From Eledone cirrhosa (taxonomy: Eukaryota): DNA of 64,000 nt. The stretch lies in assembly GCA_964016885.1 (NCBI GenBank), contig CAXHJY010000639.1:65660-129659 (forward strand). The letters run 5' to 3'. Made by a program: the position numbers and the translations under genes. Under the pieces are notes generated by a model that was not told the DNA's origin, made no database searches, and saw nothing but the letters and a program-made list of their open reading frames with translations. Positions 1 to 13,832 of this stretch are shown here, piece by piece; positions within the stretch are counted from its first letter, which is position 1, and each line of letters starts with the position of its first letter.

Positions 1-1296
1 AACAGATAGTGTGAGAGTCAGGTCAATCGACACTATCCTCTTCTTACAAGAGAACATTGTTTTTTTTTTGTTTTTAAAAGATGACTGCTATTCTACCTTA
101 CAAAGTCCATAAAATAGGTACCAACAAAAATACATGTCATTTCATAAACTTCACAGAGAAAAATGTGTGCAAAATAGAATGATTTTGTTTTTAAAGAATG
201 ATTTCTAACTTAGGCACAGAGCCACCTATTTGGAGTAAGTTATAGTAGATTAAATCAAACCCAGTACGTAACTGAAGGTAAAAGTGAGCTTAGTGGAAGT
301 TGAATTGAGAATGTAAATGAATATAACTAAATATCACAAGGAATTTTGTTTGACATTCTACTGACACAGTTATAGATTTGCTAAAGAGAATATTGAGTAG
401 TAGCTATACAGATATAGATAGACATCTAATGTGAATGGATGATCAACAATTTAGAGCTACTGACAGTAATTTAAGAATTGGTAGAATCAGATCTGAATAT
501 GAAGACATAACCACAGAACTAAAATGATACCTTATTGCAAACCCTGCATGGAAATAGCAGAAAATTTAATATATGATGATAGTGATAACATATTAGACTA
601 TTGTACATTATTCCCTCCTTTCCTTTAACCCATAACTCCTGGTGGATTCATTAAGGCACTGTAGTGAGTGAGATACAGCAATTCTTGGGCATTTTAAAAA
701 CTTGGTGGAGCCCATCTCCTTTCCATGTCTGAAGACAGCTGATTTCTTTCAGAAAAGTAGAGAGAGCGAGAGAGAGGGGGGCGGGGGGGGGGGGATACAG
801 AGGAATAATCGACCCCAGTAATGAGCTGGTACTTTATTTATCAACCTAGAAAGAATGAAAGACAAAGTTGACCTTGAAGGGATTTGAACTCAGAGTGCAG
901 CGAGCCAGAACAAATACCACAAAGCATTCTTTCCAAGTTTCTAACAGCTCTACCAATTCGCTGCCTATATTATTATGTTAGCTGCTAAAATAGATCAATC
1001 TTTATAAGTTCCATGTTGTCACATGAAATTTCTTAGTCACTGTTTGTACACACTGAAAATATTTTATTAAAAAAAAAAATATGTTTTTAAATACTATTCT
1101 TCATATCTATTCATTTTGTAAAACAATTTTTTTAAAATATACTTTTGTTAAATTGTTTCACAAAATTTTAGACTTAACAAATGTAAGTTGTAGAAAGAAA
1201 ACTATTTATATCACATTATCTCATATAAAGTACCAGTAATGCACTGGGTAATTGCTGGCCTTGTGCTTAAAGTAGAAACAATTATCTCATATATGT

Positions 1297-1484
1297 GTGG
1301 TGAATTGGCAGTATCGGTAGAGGGTCAGACGCCATGCTTTCCAGCATAGTTACATCCTTTTACGGTCTGAGTTCAAATCCCGTCGAGGTTAACTTTGCCT
1401 TTCATCCTTACCAGGTCAATAAAATAAAGTACCAGTAATGAACTAGGTAATTTCTGGCCTTGTGCCAAAAGTAGAAACAATTAT
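1297..1484 (+). mobile_element. tRNA-derived SINE, family 1 (Meta-domain-like core); extra tail copy at ~1226-1285
   Basis: A-box-like tggcagtatcgg, B-box gagttcaaatcc, core ctttgcctttcatcct...ggtcaataaaataaagtaccag. Flanked by catatatgtgt on both sides. Multiple copies in window. Confidence 0.8.
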
Positions 1485-2560
1485 TGCATATATGTGTAAA
1501 CTGCTGAAGCAAGTTTTTATTTTTTTAAATTTTTTTTATTAAAGATTATTATTGCCTGATATAAATATTTTTTTCTTTTAAATGGTAAAGTTAATAATTA
1601 TGATGCATTCTTTTGAAACCACAGTCATTTACTCTTTCGATGTTTGAAACTGCTTGACTAAATCTAGTTATGTGTTTGCTTTCATCCCTTTTGATACGGA
1701 TTTCAAATTTTGTTTGCATCAAATTTGGCTTTTACCCTACCAACATTCTCCATCGTTTTTACTTCAACTTTTCCATGCTAGCATAGGTTGGACAGGACTT
1801 TTTACAGCTGGAAGCCCTTCCTGACACTAACCTTTTTAGTCGCCTTTTACATAATTTTTAATTGGATAATTTGAGGAGGCAAGGCAGCAAACATGACCTT
1901 TTTGCAAGACCTCTGTCATTGGTGGATGGAAAGTGAGAAAGAAACCATGACTCCTAGATTATTCTCAGACCAGACACATGATCCACATGCTTCCAACAGA
2001 ATGGACTTTTCCACAAGCACCCAAGAGTGAGGTGGTAATTATAAACTGGGTGATAAATTGAGCTTACCATCTAAGAACAGGTACAGTCTATCTGACAGCT
2101 TCTGCTCAGTTTAACATCTACCCAATTTCACCCTGGGTCAATCTGAGGCTATAGTAGAAGACGCTTGTTCAAGATGACATGTAGTGGGATTAAATCTGGA
2201 ATCACGTCAATGTAGAGCAAACTTTTTTCCCACACAGTTACACCAGTAATAAGAAAACCTTTCGTAAAGAGAAAAATAATTTATTAACTGTGGTTGACCA
2301 GTACCTCTATAAAGCCCCACTATATCAGATTGATAGGCATCAGCAGCTATAAACAAACTATATTTTTCCTCCACCTCTTTTTTTTATCTCTTTGTCCTAC
2401 CCTCATCTTCCATAGTAATTATGATTTTTATTTCTTTTCAAGCTTGAATGTATTGATTTTCAATCTTTAATCTATTGGCTTAATGTTTAATTTTGTTAGC
2501 ATAAGGTTTGGGTCAGGATATTTTATTTCTGTTTTGGAATATAAGTAACATGATGTGTTT

Positions 2561-2753
2561 ATAATAATTGTTTCTACTTTTGGCACAAGACCAGGAATTA
2601 CCCAGTGCATTACTGGTACTTTATTTTATTGACCCCGTAAGGATGAAAGGCAAAGTTAACCTCGGCGGGATTTGAACTCAGAATGGCAAGGGCCGTAACT
2701 CTATGCATCAAAGCATGGCATCCGACCCTCTACCGATACTACTAATCCACCGC
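2561..2753 (-). mobile_element. SINE family 1 copy
   Basis: Reverse-complement match to 1297-1484 over its full length. Confidence 0.8.
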
Positions 2754-3859
2754 ACTATTTATAATAATACTGGCACTAAAGAGTCAGCTTTCTCAAATAT
2801 AATGTCCTAGTGTTCGATTTTGGAGTAGGTATTTCTTCTTTGGTCTGTAGCTGGAACTGGTTATCTAATTTTCTGCCAAATGAATGTATTATTTACAGCA
2901 AAATAATAGTTTGGAAAAGTGAGGTTAATAGATAAAGTGTCACTTATTATATGGGACAAATTTAGTAGTGTGAAACTTGCATCAACTTTATATGTTTCAG
3001 AACATTCTGAAATGGCTTCTAAGCATGGATTGATAGTTTTGCTGCATACCCATCCCCTCTATTTTTCTACAGTATTTTTATAAGTGAGATCTTCAATTGC
3101 TTTCAGCCATTGATAATTGGTGCTCTTGTTTAAAAAAGTGTCTATTATATTTCAAAATGCATGAACTTTTGTTTGCTGCAAAATTGCTGAGTGAAAAAAG
3201 AAAAAAAACACCCACCAGGTTATTTGACTGGAATAAAACTCAATAATTACACATTAAATATATTAAAAACAGGAATAAGGGCAATAAAATGTGGAGCATA
3301 CCACCTAGAATATTCAAGATACCGTCATTAAATAAAGGTTAAATATAATAAAAATATTGATGAAATTTCTTGTAAATATGACTGCATTCAAGTGGTTAGC
3401 AGTGTTTGTTTTTATCATTATCTTAATAATAATTTCCTTTTTTCAATTCATAAATTTACTATTTATTCAAAGCTTTATTTGGCAATTGACTACTTATTAA
3501 TCTGATAAATATTAGATACTCTTGAAGCTATTTTCTTCATCATATTTTGAATAATATTCACATTCTGAAGAAATGTAAATAGAAGCAGCCAAAGCTAGCA
3601 AGAAACCATTGTATACTTAGAAATATCATTGCAGTAGACTAATTCAATAGTATTTGTTATATGACTCTGTTGAGCTGAGTCAGCTGTCTTTTAGATTGTG
3701 CTGAGCATATCTTCAATGCCTACTTCTGCCCACTCATTGCCAGTTGTCTTTGTATGCTTGTTTGCAAGCCATGATGGGATGGATAGTATGTGTGAGGTAT
3801 CATGCAGCAACTCCTCCACAACAAACGTGTACATGAGACAATGAGAGAGAGTCACTATA

Positions 3860-4035
3860 TGCTCATTAGACCTGTTAGAAATAGCAGCTAAATTTCCCTC
3901 AAATCATACTGTCTTTTAAAAAAAGACACATTGGATGATATCGTCATGCACTATATCTGAATAAAAGATGGCATGATCATAGCTGGAATGCTTTTAATAA
4001 CATGTTTGCTTAATGAGGACCAATTAAAGCAGTAA
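3860..4035 (+). repeat. Dispersed unclassified repeat family (gacctgytagaaatagcagc...ggtcatggctggaa...); further copies near 14330-14525, 43115-43300, 43395-43770, 44175-44345 (+) and 50300-50460, 52930-53140, 56800-56920 (-)
   Basis: Recurrent diverged ~180 bp motif seen by eye on both strands. Boundaries approximate. Confidence 0.6.
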
Positions 4036-7000
4036 CAATGAACTTGTGCAGGATCTGGTAGAAAAAAAAATTGTGGTTTTAACCAATGAGAGTTTTTGTT
4101 GGAAAAGATGACAGTCAATCTCATAGAGTGAAATAATCTTAAGACACTGGAATATTGTAATTTAAATAGGAATCCTTTAAAATGGGTGGTTTTGTTTCAT
4201 AGAATCAAAGGCAGTTTTGGGTGGGTTGATATTGAGTTAAAATGAAAATGTTTACCAAACTTTGACACTAAAAACAGTAAACTTTAAGAATTTCCAAGTA
4301 AGATAAGATGGAGTTGTTACCTGCCTTCAGAAACAGAAACTGTTAAGAAGACTGTCAGATGAATTGTGCCTTTTTTTCAAATGGTCAGCTTAGTCACACA
4401 GTGTTATGGTTCAATCTGATTAATATACATATCTAAGGTCTGAGGAGGCTTCTATATGTTAGCACTTTGCTCAAGTTTCATAGTATTTAATGGAAGACAG
4501 ACAAATTCTCCTGAATAGGATGCCAGTCTATTGCAGTTAACTTTTCCAAAGGAGGTATTCCCAAAAGCTATATTTTTGTGTCCAGAAATGCACTGATACA
4601 CCTGGGGTACTCAGTATGCTCGGTAAAATGGTTGGCATTAAGAAGGACTCCCCAGCTGTTGAAACCACAGTAAAATGGAGCAAATAAGCAAGACACAATC
4701 GCCTGAGCCATCTAACCCCTGACCCTGACAATCTGTCCAACCCATGCCAGCATAAAAAAGCAAAGAAAATAAAACGGATGTAAAATGATGATGAAGAATC
4801 TACACGCAAGTGGTACAATGCTTTATTCATTGAACCATCTAATTTCTATAAACCCTAGTAGGTTTTGAGTCATTAATTCTACTTTGTTTTCCAGTTATCC
4901 CATTTAATACTCTTTGATGTTAAAGTAGACTTGTCATTTATTTTTAAATATCTAAATGCTACCAATTAGATTGATTTTAGTTACATAATTAGTTACATAA
5001 TAAGCCTAAAAATTTAAATAGGAGTAGTATAAATCTAATCAGGGAAAATTATAAATTCATTATAATCTGTAATTTAATAGTTTGAACCTTACAAAAAGGA
5101 TTTCTGATAATATTGCAGTCCTTTATTATAGAAGTTTAATTTTATATGGTAGTAGTGTTCATATTGGTTTATAAACTTAATACATACTATAAGACTTAGC
5201 TGTAATGGCTAGCTGTTTCTCATTATACCAGATTACACAGTTCATTTTTGTTTGTTTTTTGTTTCATAATTTTTCTATTTAGTTACTATTGTCTTGTTGC
5301 TGTCTGACATAAAATTATTTTCCTATATGTACCTAACATAGATATTAATTATTACAATTATGTGTCATTTCTTTTGCTATAGTCTAAGTTGCCCCATTTA
5401 TATGTTAGAAGTATTTATCATAGAAGAACAACAAAAAATAGCTATTTTGAGTGATTTCAAGAATTTAATTGTACAAGTTTGTTTTATAAATTGGCTTCCA
5501 GTCAAGTTAGAGCATTCAGTTAACATTTTTTTTATTTAGGTGCTTTCGTGTGTGAATTATCTCCTGCAGCAGACAAGATAGATTTATAGTTAAATTACTT
5601 CCAATGATATAATTATGGCTTAATTAATTGAACATCTTATTAACTAACTTGATAAGACATTGAATGATTAAATATATGTTTCTATGTGCGCATGTGTGGT
5701 TCTTACACAATATATAAAACTTTAAAACATGCATTAATTGTGAAATGGAATATTTTCCTGTTTTCTGTTAAAAAGTCTGTTTTTATATTCTTCTTTTATG
5801 ATTTTCAACTTAATTATTTTCATGGTAAATACTGAATGAACTTTTTTCTGACCTTCATAGCTTTGCTGTAATCTTTACTAATAAGCTTATTTTTCATTAT
5901 AGCTGGTGTCCTAATAATAATTTTAATACATTGCAAAAACTCTTATATGTCTGAACAGTTTTTTATAGTTACCTTTTTTTTTATTGTTGATACTTTATGC
6001 AATAGAAAAATAAGCCAATATCTTCAGACATCCAACTCAAATAAATGTAATATTCATTATTTTTCTTCTACAAAATTAATTAAAGTAAATCCTGAATTCA
6101 AGATTTTCTTGTCTTTAAAGCTTAGAAATTAGTGTAATTTATAATTAATTGTAAGTGATATGAAATTTTGTTTCTTTTCCGTTCTTACAAAATGTCTCTA
6201 GCATGGAAAAGCAGATGTGATGATGATGATGATATTAACTATCACTGTCACTGCCTTACACAACTTAATCTCTTCTTACTGTATAACCCCGAACAATCTC
6301 TGAACTTTCTGATACTTCAAGTCACATATCATGTTGGATCATTGTTGTGTGTTCACTGCACCTCTCTTCTCCAAGCATCTTGTCCCTCACTAAGTTTGGC
6401 CTGCCAACAGAAGCTGTCTTTTTGTAAGGATGCTGCTGTCAGGAATCAAGGTATTCTATTTACCCAAGCAGCCCAAATTTGAAATGATGTTTCTTTAAAT
6501 TTTGGATAACATTTTCTAGTGTTATAATAAACGTAAGAAAACAACAGAGACTCCTTTTTTGTATAACACCATTAACTGTTGGAGGATTAGTTAAAATGGT
6601 TATTAGTTTTTGACTGCATCTTTGGAAGTCTAAGAAAGAGCAGAAAATATTTCTTTCAATTTATTTTTATTGGCTTTTGTTAGCTATTGACCTAATTTGG
6701 AATAACTTTATACTACTGCTTGTTGATATTTTTGTTGGGAAGTTCTCAACAATTTTGTTTGGGTGGAGACAGTGATGGCTGTTTATACATACATACACAG
6801 GTGTGTGTATGTATATACACACACACTCGCACAAACAAACAAACATATATGCATATATATGTCAGGTTGCTCTTCAGCACTGGGTTATATGTTACCAAAC
6901 ATATAACCCAGTACAATCTATGCATTCTCGGGTTGTCAACAACTAAACCAGCAACCCCACCAAGCTTGCTTGGTGAGTGAGGGTGATTTTTTTTTTTTTT

Positions 7001-7932
7001 TTTTTTTTTTTCTGAAAAAGTACAGACATCGCTTGATATGTGACATTTTTTGCAATGCATGATATTGCTGGCCATAGGCAAGTCCTTAGCAGGACTAAAA
7101 AACCATGTCTGTGATTGTTCACACTGACATTACTCGAAATCAAGTTGCAGCCATTATATATATATATATATGACAAGAAAAAAAAGAAAAAAAAAAGTAC
7201 TCAGTCTATCCTGTAAGGCGGTCATGCTGGTGACAATAAAAAGTGCCCAGCCCACCCTGTAAGATTTTTTTTTTTGATGCCATGATAAATACCACCCAGT
7301 ACACACTGGGCTAGCATTAGGAAGAGCTTTCAGCCATAGAAATCAAAATACAGATCGATATGAGCAAGACTGAAAAAATGGACATTAAGTAATGATGATG
7401 ATATATGTAAAACTAATGAGCAAAAAATCAATACATGTTTATTATGTTTGAATTATTTTTGCAATAAATTTGCTTAGGTTTAGCTGGGTTCTAACAATTA
7501 TCACGTCTTCAGATGTGCACATATGCGGATAGGGGACAGATATATAACCAGACTGGTTTTGTACCTGTCGGCATATGAATATGTTTACTGGGTGCATTTT
7601 ATTGTGGTATCAGCACTATAACTTTACAGAGTATTTTATCATGGTACCAAGGCTGTTGTGTTCTTAGCAGAGCGAAGAGAGATTGTACAGAAATAGGAAA
7701 TGAGAGTATGACAGAAAAGGTTCTGGAGAGGAAGTAATGGCAGCTACATGTTTGTTGCTGAGATGAGAGAGAGGGGAGGAGACAAGGAGAGGAGAGAGAA
7801 CAAGTGTTAGGTTGTACATATTGCTAGAAGTGGCTTTGAGATAGCTGGCAACTCAGAAGGGGTTATGGTAGAGGATGTATATATATATATTTAAGAGGGT
7901 GTTAAAGTTTGCTTGAAGCATTGTGAAATGTG

Positions 7933-8068
7933 TAAAATACGTAGTTTAGAAAGCCACAACAATGCAGATGGGAAATCTCGAGGTAGGAAGTGAATGATAT
8001 CTATCATTCACTTCCTACCTCGAGATTTCCCATCTGCATTGTTGTGGCTTTCTAAACTACGTATTTTA
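7933..8068. repeat. Perfect inverted repeat, 67 bp arms, 2 nt loop
   Basis: 7933-7999 is the reverse complement of 8002-8068. Confidence 0.95.
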
Positions 8069-9730
8069 TATATATATTTATTAGTACACTCGGCAAAAGT
8101 GGTTGGTATTAGGAAAGGCATGCCAAAATGTATTTTAGTGAGATATAGTCACCTGAGCCACCTGGGAGAACAGTAGTTCTGATAAATTACTGACTTTGAA
8201 CATGGAAAAACAGGCATAAAATGATGATGATGATATATATTTATTTTTTTAATCATTTTATTAGACATACATTAAGTTTGTTAATAAAAACTATGAAAAT
8301 AGGCTCAATCCCGATTAACACTTCATTGATCTTCATGAGACTGAGATATAAATCTTATATTTTCCTTGGTGTGTTTACACTTGTTTTTCTATGTTTGTAC
8401 TAATCCATAACGTTGGATCAGATATTTTATAGCTGAAAGCTCTTCCACGCAGCCATGAAGTGGGAGAATTCTGTTGATAAAATCTTAAGCTGATTTTCCC
8501 TCACTTCATCTCACCCCACCCTTTGCACTGGTACAATTGCTGTCACTTGAATATTTTACATGTGTAATTAAGTTTAATGTTGGGTTTTATAAAATTGATC
8601 TCTTTTCATATATCTTCATCTGAGGACTGATAAACATTGATTCAAATTGTAGTATACAGTTGAAATTTGATGTTACTTTGTACAATGATTAAGAAAAGTG
8701 AAATTGCTTAACTTAGAATCAAATCTACATTGCAGACTCAGTTTATTGGGAGCTATTCCTAATAATTTTTTGTTTTTTACCCCAAACTATAACTCAGTGG
8801 AAATTTGTCTTTACCCATGTTTATTCTAAGGGAATCAAATTAAACTTACAGAAAGGGACTGAAAATGCTATAAGAATTTCTCTTTTTCATTGGATGAAAC
8901 ATTTAAAATAAAAAGAATAACTGTACAAATTACTGTTATATTTGGGGAGGGTCATGTCCTAATATTGCCAGAAAAACTACATCACCTGGAGAGATAACTC
9001 TTTAATTTTAATGTGTCCCTCGAAAATTCCTTCACAGTAACAAAATATATTTATGTATTTAGTACTTGTCACTTCATTTCTCGCTTCCCAAACGTTGCTT
9101 TAAAATACCAGTCCAGGACAGTGGATTGGTGAAATTGTTAGAGCATCAGACAAGATACCTTGCAGTGTTTGTTCTAGTTCTTTGCATTCTGAGTTCAAAT
9201 CTTGCTGTGGTCTGCTTTGGTGGTTTAACTTCATCACCTGGCCCTCAAAACCTTTATTAGAGTCCACTCGGTTGCAAAGATTTGGACTGTGATTCCAGTT
9301 TGAGAATACCTTCTCACCTGGATCATGACCCTGCTCTTCTCTCCCTGACTGAACAGTAAAAAAGTGTAATATATATGTGAAATTTTGTTGTTATAGAATC
9401 AAAACTTCCTAGAAAGATTTTATTTAGCACACACTGATAATTTTCCTATTCCTATTTACCCTTATATTTCTATTGATCTCTATTTTGATTTACATGACAA
9501 ATGTCTGAAAATTGATTAAATGTTACAGCTGTTATGGTGCATTAATTTTAGTTTAGATTCACTGCTCAGCTTATTTCCATCTGGTTTTACTGAACTGAAA
9601 GGCAGATTCCCTAGTAATGCAGTTTTTACTTAATTTTTTACACCAAACTACCTGAGACTGCTGCTAATTCTACAATTCAAAGCTGTTCATTTTAATGAGT
9701 TTAAATTTATTTAAAATGTTTTCACCATAA

Positions 9731-11198
9731 TCTATACATATATATAAAACTGAAATTGTCTGTGTGTGTGTGTGTGTGTGTGTCCTAATTTTTGCAAAGT
9801 CTATACAAATCCACATTTCTACTCCGATTGACTTCAAACTTGCATTTATATATTCCTTGTGGTCTAAAGATATTAACTGCAGCTTTTATTTTTCAATTTT
9901 CTGTTGTTAAAGGGATGTTAGGCGCAGGTTAGCGATCTCTCTCTCTTTCTTAGTCTATCTTTTTAGATAGATACATAGCTATAACGTCGCGCCCTTATAA
10001 TATCTGTCTGTATGTCTGGCTGTCTCCATTACGACATTATGAAAACATTGTTCTCATTACTGACATATTATCTTCACTATTTTCCGTTCATTGCCAGGGA
10101 ACATCTTCACGAACCAAAGTATCGTGTTCCTGTTTTCCTTCGGTTGCAACGTTTTTTGAAATATTTACTTCTGCGTTCACAGATTGTTTTTTTTTTAGTT
10201 TCAGAAGATCCCGTTAAGGGTGAAAGCGGCGATTCTTTGCCTAAACTTTAATCTGTTATTTTAATATATATATATAATTATATATTCGTGTACAGATATT
10301 TTTGCATACACAAAAACAAAATATAAACAAACGTATTTATTTCACGAAAGCACAGACGGTTTATCGTCATTGTTACTGCCGATATGCCACCCAAAAAGTC
10401 CCACTACTTTTGGCACAAGGCCAGCAATTACATAGTCAACGGTTTGGAAATCACATGCATCACTGACGAGTTTACTCCTTACTCTACCAGTTAGTCTTAT
10501 TGAACTTCGTCCTACTTTTAGGTCATGCCTCGAAGGAAGAGATACTCCAGTGGCCGAAATACTGTGAAAGTGGCAAGATAAACAAGGCGGGCAAACGAAT
10601 CTTCAGTGGAATCTGCTATTCGACGGTCGCAAGATGCTGAACGTACTGCCACCAGAAGAGCACTTGAAACAAACAACCAACGAATCATTAACTGAACCGT
10701 GTCAGCTTTGCAATGTCTATCAATAAATCCCAGGGTCAGACTCTAACTGTTGCTGGCCTTCTTTTGGAAGAGTCATGTTTTTCACATGGGCAACTATACG
10801 TTGGCTGCTCAAGAGTGGGAAGCAAGACAAATCTCTTTGCATATGCCCGACACAGAAGAACAAGGAACATTGTGTACAAGGAGGTGCTACAATCATTGTT
10901 TAGGTAGACGAGGCAGAAGGGGATATACACGATTGGCTGAAGAAGGACAAAACTGTGTTAGTAGTACGACCAACGGCTGCTATCACACCAACAGCAGCAA
11001 AAACAATAACAAAAAAGAGAGGGAACGCAATTACATGCTTTTGAAAAATCTTAATGGAAAATCATTTGCCTAAGCACAAAATATAGACACCATCCCCAAG
11101 CGGAGGTATTCCGTACTTCTCTGTACTGTTTCAGAAAGGAGGGATAAATATGCCAATCTATGTTTAGAAGCCCGCGCAGTGCCAGGCCATTCTGCTAG
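9731..11198 (+). mobile_element. Internally deleted non-autonomous Helitron
   Basis: 5' A|TCTATACATATATATAAAACTG..., 3' GC-rich hairpin region then CTAG|T, i.e. inserted in an AT target. Retains PIF1-helicase C-terminal motifs FAMSINKSQGQTL...FSHGQLYVGCSRV (10707-10900) and a basic RepHel-like N-terminal remnant from 10525. Confidence 0.9.
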
Positions 11199-12189
11199 TT
11201 TTATGTAAAATCCTCTAGTTTTGTTCCAAACACCAGCTAAAGTTAATTATATTACTAAATTTTTCCAAATTCTTCATTATTTTCAAAATTATTTGAAAAT
11301 CATAGGTAGTGTATTTTATTAGAAATATGGTGACAGAAGAAAAAATGTAAAATATTTAAATGGAAATTGGTTAGTCATATTACTGGTACAATTCTCAATG
11401 TGCATAAAAAATGTAACCATTTTTTTTATTTGCTAGTTTACAATTAACTGTTTTTCCATAAATCTAAGATCGTATTTCTTAATGAAAATTTAATATCCAA
11501 ATTCTTTGACTAAAAAAACTGGTTCTACTAAAATTCCTTACAGGCAAACTATGTGTCTGGGGTATAAAGCACTTGACTGTTTTCACTGTTAGTGTTCAGA
11601 ATGAGATTTTGTTGACTAAATTAGATAAATAACTAGCTAGCTTTTTCTTAAAGTTTAGCTTAAGTGTAACATTTACTGCATAAATTTCAACATTACTGAA
11701 AATAATGATATTTTTTTTTAGAGGAGGAAGGGCACACCCATGACCTTTTGCAGAGTATTCAAGACTGTGGGGAAGAAATTCATATATTATTCTCAGACAA
11801 GAAATCTGGTGTAATTATTTGCAATACAGTGTACTCTACTAATGGTGGATTAGGTCTAATGACTGAAACTCTCATTAGCTGTGAAAATAAGATGGTGTTG
11901 TTGATCATGCTGTTCAATGAACTTTCTCCCTCTTTATACTGTGTCATTTCTCTGTGATGTCCATCATTTTATCTATTTCATATCAAATCTTTGTTACTCT
12001 TCTACCTCTTCCAAAATCAATCTGTGGTTGTTTTTAACCCATCATCTATCATCCCTTCTCATTTGTCCACACTTAACATAGTCATCCTTGTTGCATATAT
12101 TATCCAGCACCTTTCATATTCTGTTAAAATTCTTAATTCACTTATACTTAATTTTTCTTGTAAGATAACACACCTAATGAACAATACTC

Positions 12190-12750
12190 AACTTATTCTA
12201 ATTAGTAGTAGAGGAGGTTTCTAAAAGCATAGTAACTAGAATAAGAACAAGATGACAACAAAAGATTTCTCTCTGTGAACAAAAGGCTGACTGAATGATG
12301 CCTCTGTGTGAAGTGTGATATTGGATGGAAGTGAGGCATAGGCAATAAATGCAGAAGATATGTGAAGACTGGAGAGAAATGAAGTGAACATGCTTCGATG
12401 GATATGTAATTTTAATGTGTATGAACAGTAAAGTATGGATGAGCCATGAGAAAAATTGAGTGTAAGAGGAATCAAATGTAGTGTGCAAGAGAAAAGACTG
12501 CGTTGGTATGGACATACTATGTATATGGATGATGATCGATTGGTGAAGAAGTGGCAGGAGTTCCTAGTGGTAGGAAGCTGCAGTAGAAAGAGACCAAGGA
12601 AGACTGGGCAAAAGTGGTGAGAGTTGATCTCAAAATGCTTTACAGAGGAGATGACAAAGAAGCACAAAAGGTGGAGGGAGGTTGTGTTGGAAAAGACCCA
12701 TCAAACCCCTGCAAACATGGAAAAGTAAATGTATGATGATGACGGTGATT
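12190..12750 (+). mobile_element. Old decayed RTE LINE 3' fragment
   Basis: Degenerate match to the RT C-terminus (…gactgcgttggtatggacat…) of the younger RTE copies, ending in gatgatgac. Confidence 0.7.
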
Positions 12751-13642
12751 CTTGAATCACTTTAGACTGATAGCATCTGCTAACTATGTTTCATTGAAAA
12801 CCATAGTGAAATGAAACAGAGAGAGATAGAAAAGAGGCGATTCTAACTGGCAGTCCACTTTTAGCTTTGATTTAGTCAAATATATACTCACCAATGTTAA
12901 TATTGAATATGTTTTCATTGTTTCAAAGCAGAAGTATACAAGTCTTACAAACACATCTTTGAAATATCTATGACCATAAAACTAAGAATATAATAAACAA
13001 TATTGAAATAGGACAGTTGAAATTGAGACCATGTGTCTTGATAATGCTGAATTTAAATTGAAGAATTGATTGGATGCTTCTTTTGCTATATTTTCAACAG
13101 ATATGGTGAACGATGTGCACACCGTATCTATGTAGTAGATATAGAATGGTTAAGTTGGCGAAGTTGTTAATGCATTCAAAACCACACCAGGCATTTCAGT
13201 GTGTCTCGAGATGGGACATTAAATTCTACTTGTCCTATTTTACTTTTCTGGAGAAGTGGTACCTGCTCTGGATTAAAAGTCACTAGTGTTGGATAAGCAT
13301 CCATATGGAGGAAATGAGATTTGTCTTTCATTTGTTACAGTGTTAAAGAGACTGGTGGTATACACCATACCTAGGTTCTTGGTTGTTCCTGATAGGATTA
13401 TTATATTTTTTATTGTAAATGTTATCATGTCTCTAAAGACTGGCTCTTTTAATTCTCTTGTGCTACATTCCTAATGTCATGTTTGATAATTAGTTCTCAA
13501 GTCTTCATTTAATTCAGGTAATTGTGAATGAGAGGGAACAGTTATTTCAACTGAATATCCAATGTTGTTTTCTATCAAATTTTACTAGGTGAAATAATGT
13601 TTTCTTTTTTTTTTTTCTATTACAGAGTTGCTCACTGACACA

Positions 13643-13832
13643 ATGTCAGGTCCACCACCACCACCACCACCACCTCCTCCTCCATGTGCACCACCACCTC
13701 CAAAGTTTGGTGCCAAAAAACCATCCAATAATAATGCCAAACCTGTTGATAGAAATGCTTTACTTGGAGAGATTCATAAAGGTACAAGACTCAAAAAATC
13801 CTCAACCAATGACCGCAGTTCACCAGCTGTTG
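13643..13832 (+). CDS. WIPF: WIP/verprolin-family gene, first coding exon (poly-Pro + WH2 domain); exon starts at 13626
   Basis: Acceptor (t)n-ctattacag|13626. ATG at 13643 gives MSGPPPPPPPPPPPCAPPPPKFG...DRNALLGEIHKGTRLKKSSTNDRSSPAV, the typical WIP/verprolin N-terminus (R.ALL..I.KG..LKK..TNDRS.P). Strong donor G|GTGAGT at 13833, phase 1. Confidence 0.92.

Noticed and set aside
10713-10907. PIF1 helicase gene
   Set aside because: Short fragment within Helitron termini, not a host gene.
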